A model generated the notes under the pieces. It was not told where the DNA came from. It saw only the letters and a program-made list of their open reading frames with translations, and did not search any database. Of a stretch of 64,000 bases of DNA, positions 24,613 through 35,600 are shown in pieces (position 1 is the stretch's first letter; the number at the start of each line of letters is the position of its first letter). Location of the stretch: positions 3,968,001-4,032,000 of the forward strand of contig NC_087256.1 of assembly GCF_037042905.1 (NCBI RefSeq), in the 5' to 3' direction. The position numbers and the translations under genes were made by a program. Origin of the DNA: Lytechinus pictus (lineage: Eukaryota).

Positions 24613-26343
24613 GAAAGCTTGACAGTATTTCATAAAAATCCATGAGACAGATTATATTGAGCGATAAGTTTGTATACCAACCGTATGTACAAGTAAAAGA
24701 AAGACGTCGGGGTGTTTAAGAGGGGACAAGCAAAACCTAAAAGTGACATAATTTCTTTGAATAGAGTAACAGAATCAAGACCTGCGTTTTTTATGTTTTC
24801 TCTTTCTTCCCTTTTTCAACTTTCCATCCTATTCTTTATCTCTTCATATGGGGCGGGATGATCGCTCCATGCCCCCTACAGAATCTCCCCTGAATATATA
24901 CGATATATATATAATCGTATTCAGCAAAAGCATTCATTCATTATCTAATTCTTTTTTTTTTCAAGAATATTAAGATACAAGTTATCAAGTTTTAATTTAC
25001 ACGATGGATTGGCTTTTACAGTAAGCTAACAATATCATAATTTATATTCATCAAGTGGTGATTTTATGATCTAATTACTTAATGTCAAATGGCAATTAGA
25101 CCAACGGGTAGGAAACAAATTGGTATAACCTCGTGTATACCATGATTGTGTTGGAAAATAGGCAAAATCAAATTTATCCCAATGGATTAATTGGTTAAAA
25201 AGGTTTATAATAAAATATTACAATTTAACTTCGATCTTTAGGTCATTATACAAATACATGTAAGAATTCTGGGGATATTAATATGTTTATCTAGATTTTC
25301 AACAAAAGAAAGGGAGAGAAAGAGAGAAGAAAATCCCGAACTTTCACTTACACAGAGATGAGAAGGCAAAATATCTCAAATTAAATGGAAGGGAAAAAGT
25401 CAACGAGCGGAAGAACAGTGTGTGTTATTGTCAACAAAACAAGCTATTACATCCTCTTTCAATATAACCCTCGCGGTTGAGAGCCGGGAAAAGTTTATTT
25501 CCGTTAAAAAGTGCGTTTTTTTATTAACTGTAGGATTTTCCTTTTTTTCGATGCTGACTGAGCAGCCTTGCCGATTTGATATTTAAAAATGATAATGCCA
25601 TGATCAGATAAGGTCATTATAACTTAATAAAATTATTTGTCTTTGTTTTGATGTAAAATTTATGCTAACGTCATGCTTTAACAAGAAGAACAGTATCAAA
25701 CCGATTGGCGATAAAATATTCCTTAGTTTGATCATTATTTCCCTTTTGAGATTCTTGAAAAAATAATATCCCCTTATATTATAAAGGTCACTTTTTTGCC
25801 CTAGTTCCATTAACAAAAAAATTGATTCAAGCGGGGGGGGGGGGTATTTGTGAAGGCAATCGACTAGCATTGTAAAAGATGACAGATGTATAGGACCTTA
25901 ACCGCTGATGTCTGTGACAGGCTGCAGGCAGTAGAATATGATGATGATGATGTTGGTGGTGATAGCGATGATCATGATGGTGATGGTGGTAAGGATGATT
26001 ATGATGACCATGATGAATTGGCGCTCTGAGCTCGTTATAATTATGATGACAATATATATAATAATCATATTCGAGCTGCTTTTCCTCTCGTTCGAATTTC
26101 TCATCCCTCCCCACCTTTTTCAGTTTTATCATGTTCTTTTTTTTTTTCTTCGAAGGGAAGAACAATTCCCCCCCCCCCCCCCGAGATTTACCGTTGCATA
26201 AACAATTGGACTGGAATCATAATTGTAACACTCAAATAAGAGGCAAGATCAAACATTCAATTCAATATGCAGACATAGAGAATGTAGAGGATTCTAGTAC
26301 ATTTACCCGGGACAGTTACTTATTAACGATTTATTGTTTGACC

Positions 26344-27882
26344 TCATAATCGGTACCCTTTGATTCTGTGATTGGCTCCGTCCACGACCAAGGCAGTTGC
26401 CTGGTCATCGTCGATGGCGATGCCCCGGATATAGTTGAATTCACAAAGTTCTCCAAAGTTTCCTAGGTAATCTCCTGACGCGCTGAACACCATAACCGTT
26501 TCTTTGTTATACATACACCACGAGTCTGTCCGCCTACAGGTCACGTAGATATTATCAAGACGATCCAGAGCAAGACCGCGACAGTGCCATCTCTTTCCAC
26601 AGAGATCTGGTGAGATTAAAAGAAGAGACTTTTTGGAATGTGGATCGAAGATTTGAATCCTACAGTTGTTCCTGTCCGCAACCACAAGGTTACCTTTAGA
26701 GTTGATCTTGATGAACCAGGGATAACTGACAGCACCATCTAGATTTCCAGGATAAGCAATGGTAAAGAGCTGTTGCGCGTGACGGTTGAAGACACGGACG
26801 TTGCTTTCTTTCGCGTCCGCAACGTAAACGTGTTCGATGTCGAGGGCGATCCCTGTCGGTGATGGCCCTACCTTCGCCCAGAGACGCAGTTTCGCCGTTG
26901 TCCTCACGAATTGCAGTACGCATTTATTTGCATCGTCTGTCACATAATATGCGCCTGGATCGCCCGCAATTGCAAACGGTCCGATTCTTTTCAGCCCTTT
27001 AGGTGGAGTTGAACCAAACTCCATTTGGACAACTCCTTCGCGATCGGTTACGATTATTCGGTGATTGCCCTTGTCAGTAATGACGTACTGGCCTCCTGTA
27101 AGGAATATGTCATGAGGGTTTTTAAATTTTGACATCCCTCGTAAATCAAACACTTTCCCGCCACTTGGTTTAACCAGGATGTAAGCAATGATGTGTTCTT
27201 TCGAGTTGTCCGAGACTGGAATATCAACCTCGTACTTACCAACGCTCTGTGGAACAAACACTTTCTCGAAGGAATGTGTGAGATCATTGATTCCTAACGA
27301 CTGTGGTCGATACGGGAGGAGCTCAATTTCCTTTAGCTCACCATCAGGAAATAGAATTGTTCCTCTGACGTATGTGTTGCTTTTCGGAATGATAATTTTC
27401 CCGTCCTGATCACATAGTCTGAGTGTGATGGTGACGCGTTTGTTGACCATGGGGTCGTTTGAGATGGTTAGCTTAGACGCATTCACATCAAGCTCCTTGT
27501 TGATCTTCATTGACTCCCGACGTCTGATAGGAGACAAAGCAGCGGTGCTTCCACCATGGCTGCTCAAACTGCTCGATCGGCTTCTCGGGTCATCGCTGAT
27601 GGAGGGACTTCTACTCAACTCACACCTTGATTCCGCCTTGAACTGTGCTTCCTCCAGTTCTTTCTGTTCTGGCTCAAACGGGGATGTCTTCTGACATACA
27701 GGGCAAGTGATGTGTGGCCTTCGGAACTTCCTGCTCGCTGTTGCAATGGCGTACAGACATTCATGACAAGCTGCATGGCCACATGGTAAATTGTAGGCAT
27801 CCTGGATCGTGTCAAGGTGCAGTGGACACCGGTCATCGGGGGTGTTACTGGCCAAAGAACTCTCCGTACTCAGCTTCCTCAT
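26344..27882 (-). CDS. Intronless RING - filamin-like - NHL repeat protein (TRIM-NHL related), 512 aa
   Basis: RING-like CPLH..LPCGHAACHEC..CPVC; filamin/Ig-like segment (ITLRLCDQDG...FVPQSVGKYEVDI); NHL repeats (FKNPHDI..VITDKGNHRI, YPWFIKINSKGNLVVADRNNCRIQIF, RGLALDRLDNIYV, VVDGANHRI). A probable 5' UTR acceptor lies at ~27909. Confidence 0.9.
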   Translation of the reverse strand: MRKLSTESSLASNTPDDRCPLHLDTIQDAYNLPCGHAACHECLYAIATASRKFRRPHITCPVCQKTSPFEPEQKELEEAQFKAESRCELSRSPSISDDPRSRSSSLSSHGGSTAALSPIRRRESMKINKELDVNASKLTISNDPMVNKRVTITLRLCDQDGKIIIPKSNTYVRGTILFPDGELKEIELLPYRPQSLGINDLTHSFEKVFVPQSVGKYEVDIPVSDNSKEHIIAYILVKPSGGKVFDLRGMSKFKNPHDIFLTGGQYVITDKGNHRIIVTDREGVVQMEFGSTPPKGLKRIGPFAIAGDPGAYYVTDDANKCVLQFVRTTAKLRLWAKVGPSPTGIALDIEHVYVADAKESNVRVFNRHAQQLFTIAYPGNLDGAVSYPWFIKINSKGNLVVADRNNCRIQIFDPHSKKSLLLISPDLCGKRWHCRGLALDRLDNIYVTCRRTDSWCMYNKETVMVFSASGDYLGNFGELCEFNYIRGIAIDDDQATALVVDGANHRIKGYRL

Positions 27883-28757
27883 TTTCGTTAGTGAAATTCA
27901 ATAAAGATCTGAGTAAAGGAAGGAACAAAGAAATTTTCATGTAAATTGATGAAGTGGAAACTGTAGCGCAAAAATCAGGAGAATCACCCATGTATTATTA
28001 GGCATATGGGCTACTTGAATCTAACTTGGAATAAACATCAGGTGGCCGCCGGTATCTTTCAGGAAAGACTTTAGAATCAGAAAAAAGTACACATTGATGC
28101 ATGTAGTATTAAATGTGCATGATCTCTACATCGAACTCTCTAACAATGCCAATGGAAGAATTATGATGAACTCCAAACTGTTTTTAATAATAAAGATCTG
28201 ATTTGTTCTCCTTAATCTGTAATTCAAACACCTGTAGGTAAAAGAAAATTTTTGAAATATAAGGATCAACGTATTCGAAGTACGTTATTGATAAAAAGTT
28301 TTCCAATCTACTATATTATATTCTATTTCTTTTTGGAATATCGGAAATAAATCCACCCTTCCCTTTTCAGTTATCATAACCATCGTAGCGTAAAAGTGTT
28401 TCATGGTAAGGCAAAAAAAGTCGCGATCGAGCCTGAATATTTTTTTATTAAAAAAAATTAACATATGGTAATATATATTTCCATATTATTTTGACAATTT
28501 TCCTTCCCTTTTTTCTTCATTTTACTTCTCTCGGTTATGTTACATTTGGAACCGCCATATTATGTTTACAATAAGAGAGAACTGGGTGGGAGGACGCTTA
28601 ACGAATTAAATGATGTTTCGAAAGTTTGCATGCAGTTACTGAAAGTAAAGATATGAGAATATTAGTCAATCATGAAGAGAATTAGAAGATACTATAGGCC
28701 TAACAATTAAACATGATTCAGCTAGAATAAAAAGTTAAAATGAAATCGGAGACTATA

Positions 28758-29878
28758 CAGTGTGTATAAAAAAAGTTTACACTTAGAAATAATATAAAAT
28801 TATATATTTTTAATATCCTGTAGCCTTTTCCACATTTAAATATTGGTTCAGATCTCCTTAAGAAATTGACTAATACCATGGTCACATTTGCTCTATACGG
28901 CGGCCGTACGGCGAGTCGAAAACAGCCGTTTCAACATTTTTTGTACCAACTACATATAAGTGGTTTGAATTAAATTAATAAAACGGCTGTTTTCGACTCG
29001 CCGTACGGCCGCCGTAGAGCAAATGTGACCAAGGTATAACTGTCGAAAATTCTTTCCGCTTAAGTGAGCACCACTTACTTTTGAAAAGTTCGTGAAAATG
29101 ATTTGCGCAGAACTTGGAAATAGTTATAGGAATAAAAGTAGATGTTAATCATGAAGAACACATGGAATTTAGCCAAAAAGATTAATTTGAATACAGTATA
29201 TATTTTACCTTTTTAATTTGTCTCCTTGCCCAAAACACTTCATGATTGCGCCCCGCCCCCCTCCCAACAATCCGAGGCCATTGTGGTGATATCTTTACGC
29301 AGAGTTGTGATTCAAATGAAATGGCTTCGGCTTGATTTTTCATTTTGTTAATCATTGTCAAGCTTGGAAAAAGTGTGGAGAAACAAGTATTTAATGAAAT
29401 ATAAAATGCAGTTCCACTTTAAATGATGAAAACTTAATAAAAGAATGCTGGAGATGTGAAATAAACTTTTGTTTACATTCAGTAATGTCATCTGATCTAT
29501 AGCTGGCACAAAAAGGGTAAAGGTTGTGCTTACTTAGGGTTAAAATGTTAATTTGGGTGGCAAAGCCGTTACAAAATGTTTAAATGTATCGTTTTATTTC
29601 AATTTGCTGAAAATGCAAAAGAAATGTTTGAGAAATGAACCGCACGGTCAAATTGTTTTTGCCTTATTTCGTTGACACAGCGTGAAAATGAGCATTTCTG
29701 CGCGCTTTACAGAAATAGACAATGCCCCCTCATGTGTAACATTGTGTCAAAATTGTTACTTTCCTCTGATAGATGAGACACAAACCCAAGAATATATGTG
29801 AACAAAATATTCCCATGTTGTATATTTTTCAATTCCTAGGACGTTTTAAAAGTGTAAACTTTTTGTTGATAAGCACTG
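28758..29878. mobile_element. Non-autonomous Tc1/mariner-like element, TA TSD
   Basis: TA-CAGTG...AAAAAGTTTACACTT and AAGTGTAAACTTTTT...CACTG-TA. Confidence 0.8.
28874..29036. mobile_element. PIF/Harbinger-type palindromic MITE, TAA TSD, nested in the Tc1-like element
   Basis: TAA-TACCATGGTCACATTTGCTCTA ... TAGAGCAAATGTGACCAAGGTA-TAA with ~57-bp arms. Confidence 0.85.
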
Positions 29879-32649
29879 TAGAGCAGCTAGAATACAACTT
29901 GAGCTGCCCCTTGTAATTAAATAATTGCAAGTACTTGCTTTGGTAATCTATATCTATAGTTGTAACCACAAAAATAAGTACATGAATACTAGAATCATCA
30001 GTGAAATAAAATTTAAACCTGAAGAAAATGACAGCTTCAAATGTTCAGTGTCTGAACATATGCCCCTCTGCGCTATGTCCTCATGATGATCCTAAATGTA
30101 TTATCGGAGCTGATTCTGTTATCTCGATAGATGGTATGACGGGGGTATGACGTACGTGGGACTACTTGAACTGAGTCAAATGAAATTATAGATCATTGAG
30201 TATACCAGGGGCATATAAACATTGCTCAGTCCATCGAGGTATAGTACAGTACACGGAAACAGACGTTAAAAAATAATGTTCCTTACATTATGGACACTCG
30301 ATCACCGCTGGAAAATCAATTCTACATGAACATACACCTGAGCAGAGCGACGGGAGTACAACACAATGGGGAATATCAGATTCATGTGGCAAGCAGTCAG
30401 TCAAACACAATACTGTATAGCTGTATAAAATATATAATACTCACCGTGAACTACTTATGCGACGGGACCGTAGCCATCATACGTGCATCGACTCAGATCA
30501 GGCATGCATAGACTCAGGAGAAGACTATGATCACAGAGAGATATATGTAGCACACCTATATAGACAGTACAATAATAATATAAATGATACAGCCAGGCCT
30601 TTGCACCTACATGAAAACGAAACTACATGTATTTTGTTTAAGTACCTCTATAAAGTACCATAGCTTGACACCGTCTATTCGTATTTGCGTGGGAGTAATA
30701 ACTTCCGTGTTGTTCCATGTCCACAATCCCTTTAACATGTAAACAGACCCGCAATGAATTTGCTGGAAGATATTATGAAGAGAGATCTTGCTTAAATTGG
30801 GAATACCCGATAAAGAATATACCTTGGAAAATGGGCTATAGGCAACGAAAAAATACATATCAGCATACCAGCTTACCATAAAAAAATAAAAGAAAGAAGA
30901 AATGGTATTAACACACGGTGTACGGGGGGGGGGGGGTCCAGCTCTATTGGCTTGTCTGTTGCTTAATTCCCTGCCAATTGCCCAATGCCCTATATTCCGG
31001 GCTCTTTCATTCTTATCTTGGCTTTTATATATAACATTTGCCCAGGCCTGCATTTGCCTCTATGCCTTTTCTTCTCTTACTTCATATGAATATTATTGTC
31101 CGAATCTACTGGCAATTATAAGAGAGAAATCCCGGAGAGAAATAAACTCTCGATCCGTACCGGCGGAAAAAACGGGGTATATAAAAGAGGCAATATATTG
31201 CCATTTTCCCGCGAAACTTCTTTCTTACTGCTACACCTGCTATGTGACTTCCCATGAATTCGCCTCTTTCGCTTTCTTCGTTCATAATAAATCAATCTGT
31301 TCCAAATTCACCTTTTGTTAGTTCTGGGATTTTTGTGAAGAGTTTGTATCCCATTTTCTTTACATTATATAGTGAGTTTGAATATAGAAGGCTATTTAAT
31401 TGCTGTCTGCATTTCATTAATTCAGGAAGTGATCTAACACAACACGTACCCTTTTCAGATGAGACAGCTTTATAGGTAAGGCGGGTAAACAGAGAGAATA
31501 CGAATAGATAAACGGAAATATATCGTGCTACTTAATAATAGGAGATATCCGTCATATAGGCCCGATATTGAAGTCTTTTAGCCTGGTAGCATGATAATGA
31601 CTCCCGTAATAACTTATTCAATTGTCATGTGTAATTGCTTTTGTATTGTTATATATTCATTAGGCTTACATCATACAAGATTTGAATTTAAATCTTGGAG
31701 ATCGAAAATACATCTGCAGGATTCAAATTCGATTCGATTGATCCCTAACTACGATTTGAATTTATTTTAAAACCCTTGCAATTTAGAGTCCTGTACTGAT
31801 ATGAGATTCGGGTAGAAATGAGTTCAATTTAGTAGCGTACGCAGGAATAATGAAAAGGGGGGGGGGGTTCAATTAAGCTGAATGAAATGTTGACACCCCC
31901 TCCCCCCAAAAAAAAGGGATCACCACAAATTTTAGGTCGTTTCTTACCCCAAGAAAATTTGACCAAAAAATAAAAAATAAAGTGACAAGCAAAAAAATAA
32001 TAATAATAAAAACAAATAAAAATAAAATCAATATATTTCATTAAAAGCACACAGGGAAGTGAATATTTTTTTTCACTTTACGTGATAATAATAATCAAAA
32101 TCATCTTTGATGCTTAATTGTAACAACCTGGTTACTATATTGTGCAGTAACTGTACTTTGATAGATAAATATTTCACTTTATAGATTGTAAATATATAAA
32201 AATAACATCGTGCAAATTTGCTGGCGATTAATATATTATCGTTGTATGATTGTGTATTTTTTAATACTTTATCCGAGATAAAGATTTAGATGTGTGTCTC
32301 GTAGAAAGGAGGGACCGAGGGGTGAGGTACATTCCAAACATGCTATTTTTTTTTACAATCTTCGATATTATTTCTGTTTGAACACCTGTACAAGTTTCCA
32401 CTCCACCGTATCATAGGAGTAGGATATATCTGATACAAGCTATAATGTATATACAAATTCAAGAGGATGTAAATAATGGTATATTTACATATCGCTGTTA
32501 TCTCACAAACGAATGCTAATTTCACATAATTAATCACGAAGGCGGAAAACAAATTATGAGATGTTGATTCGATTATACCGTAATAATAAAGTCGTTTTGG
32601 AAGACATCATCAGTATACCTTTATAACTGGCGAGACTAGGAAACTGAAA

Positions 32650-35600
32650 ATGTGGTATCTAGCGATTTTGTTTACTGCAACACTTGTTGCGGGTAAGTTG
32701 AATCTATAGTCATGATAATTGGATTAATGATTAAAATCAAAACTTTATTCAAAGGTCAAATCTACCCCAGACGAAAGTTGATTTGAATCAACAGAGAAAA
32801 ATCAAACAAGCAAAATACTGAAAATTTCATCGAAGTCGGACGTGACATAAGAAAGGTATGACATTTCGAGATTTCGCTTATTTTCATATAAATCTCAATG
32901 CCTATTATTCACTATACAGTTATTTTCACAACTAAATCATGATGGTGGTATGCAATTGATGTCGCTCATTTATTTTTCTGTTTTATTTCTTAATTTTCAT
33001 TGTGAATGATACAATATTTCAAAGTTTTAAGACATAACAATAATGACCTTCTTGATTGAACCTCAAAGGGTTGATATTGGAAAATGTAGTGAAGTATGGT
33101 AATGCCACATGTTCAGTGAAATATAAAACTTTTTTTTTCACTTCGCAATGATGAGAAAAATAAAATACATCATATTAAAAGAAACTGGATGGTTTTCCTC
33201 GGTTCCCACATGCCGATCAGAATGTGCATATTTTGTGAAATTCAACAAAATCTTATAATGTCATGAATTTCTTATTTTACATCCGAGATTGATGAAATTT
33301 TCAGCGTTTTACTCTTTTGATTATTTTTCTTTTTTTTCAAATCAACTTTTTGTTGGGATGGACTTCTCCTTCAATTTGGTAAACATACTTACATTATCGT
33401 TGCCACGGATCCTAACCCATCTTCTATTTATATACATGTAGGTCGAGAGGTATGTTATGAGCAAATCGGTTGCTTAGTGAGTGACGAGTATCCCTTCTAT
33501 CACGCCGAGGACCGCCCCGTGGACCATCTCCCCGAATCGCGCGCTGAGCTAGGGACCACCTTCAGGCTTCGAACCCGGGACCTGCATGGTGGCTATCAAG
33601 AACTCAGCACCTACGATGAAGACACTTTATATGCGTGAGTATAATTTTGAATGAACCTCACGATATATTTACATAAAATTTTATCTTGTCCAGTTTAAAT
33701 CTGCTTTGAACTGACGACCCTGTCCTCCGTCACGCCACCCTAGCGGTGGATCTACTTTTTTGCTTGACCCAATGTAACGATGAGCTGCGACGTAATGCGT
33801 CCTACACCCCCCCCCCCCCCCCCTGTAGATCCACCACTGTTCTGTTGCGCGGCTCGGGTAAACAGGGAAGGGCAGTATCAGAGTTTGATCACCGTGATAC
33901 ACTCCTTATCTGAAATGTTATTTTCAGAGAGTCCGCGGTGGGGGTTAACCCCTAACCCCCCTAGATCCGCCATTACTGACACCCATAAGCAGACCAACGC
34001 TTGTCATGCTTGTGCATCACCAATAATTCTCCCAAGACTTACCACAGAGTCATCCTCTCCGTTCTAGATCTGATTTCAAGCCATGGAAGAAAACCAAAGT
34101 CATCATCCACGGATTCGTGGCGGGATCCGATGTCGACTGGATGGATGAGATGACGAACGAAATCCTGATCGAAGGCGACTATAACGTGATCACCATCGAC
34201 TGGAGACCGGGTGTGATAAAGGATGATTACGATGTGGCAGTCGGGAATGTGAGGGTGGTCGGTGCTGAGATTGCTTACCTTCTCGATATGACTCAGGTAA
34301 CTTATAACACAACGTCATGCAGGTGGTAAAACCCCAAAGCGATGATGAACATAATATTATAACAGAAACAATCGTAACAATGGGCCCTACTTTGGCTGGA
34401 AATCATAACAAATATTAAAAACTTTGAACAAAATAATGAAACGTCAAATTGGATATTTCGAAAATTAAAAAGGATAAAAACAATCAAAAGAAAATGAAAA
34501 TATAAACAAATATGATATTTCAAATAATGATTTTCATATTCAATTCAAGAACTGATAATGAAGACATACTGGATGCAATTTTTGTTAATGGCCCTTTGTT
34601 AAGTTACACCGCATGTTCATTCAGGTTTTACAAACATCGTTTCGTGTACCGTAAAGAATGATAAACTTCTGAAATAGAAGAAAACAAATCGTAAAACCAA
34701 AAAAGAAGACGAAAACTCTGGCATCCAATTGACATGAAAACGTAGTTACGGAACAATCCTTTTCTATATATTTAATTGTATCAGCGATACATTTCATTTG
34801 TGACATCTGAACAACCACATAGCTTATCTATAATAATACACTGCTTGACGTTGCTCGGATAGTGATCTACACAAGATAGTGCCAAAATCGAGAGGGGGGC
34901 ACAACAAGATTTATGGGGCGAAATAATAAAAAAATCGCCAGCGAACGAAAGTTTTGATAATTTTGTAATCAAAATATAATTTTGTAATATATAGATTTGG
35001 AAATCATATTCAGAAGAGTTATACCTCACTTCACCCTTTTCCTTTCGTTTTCCATATTTTCTCTTTTTTCTATTTTTTTGGGGGGGTCTTGCTTGGAGCT
35101 TTTGGAGAGGGAGGGGGCAGTCTCCTTTTACGGACCTCCATTTTTATGCCAGTGTCAGATATCATTATTTTAACTATTGACAGTTTTATTTCTCCATGTT
35201 TGAAATGATCATTGTTTATACTAGAGAACCCAAGGGGTCGGACCAAATACGTTTCATATCATTGGCCACAGTCTTGGTGCACACGCTGCCGGTATAGCGG
35301 GCGCTATTGTTCCAAACATCGGTAGAATCACAGGTAAGAGGACAATTATTTTCGTTCTTCATGCATTAGATAAGAATCTTATTAAATAGTATCTTCACGC
35401 TTTTCATCGATCGTTTTCTTCCTGTTTACCTTTCCATTTTTATGTCCTGTTTGGTAAGTATATCACCGAAAACAAGAACATTGCAAAACATTGATAGTTG
35501 TAAGTCGATAACAAATAAAGCATAAATAAAACATACGTAGCTACTAAATGTTTATTCATTCCATTATGTACATTTTTAAGAAAGCTATCAATTCGAATAC

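Noticed and set aside
33741-33839. Small hAT-like MITE (GTGGATCTAC...GTAGATCCAC)
   Set aside because: An inverted repeat is visible, but the left end is damaged and no TSD was found, so it is not called as a feature.
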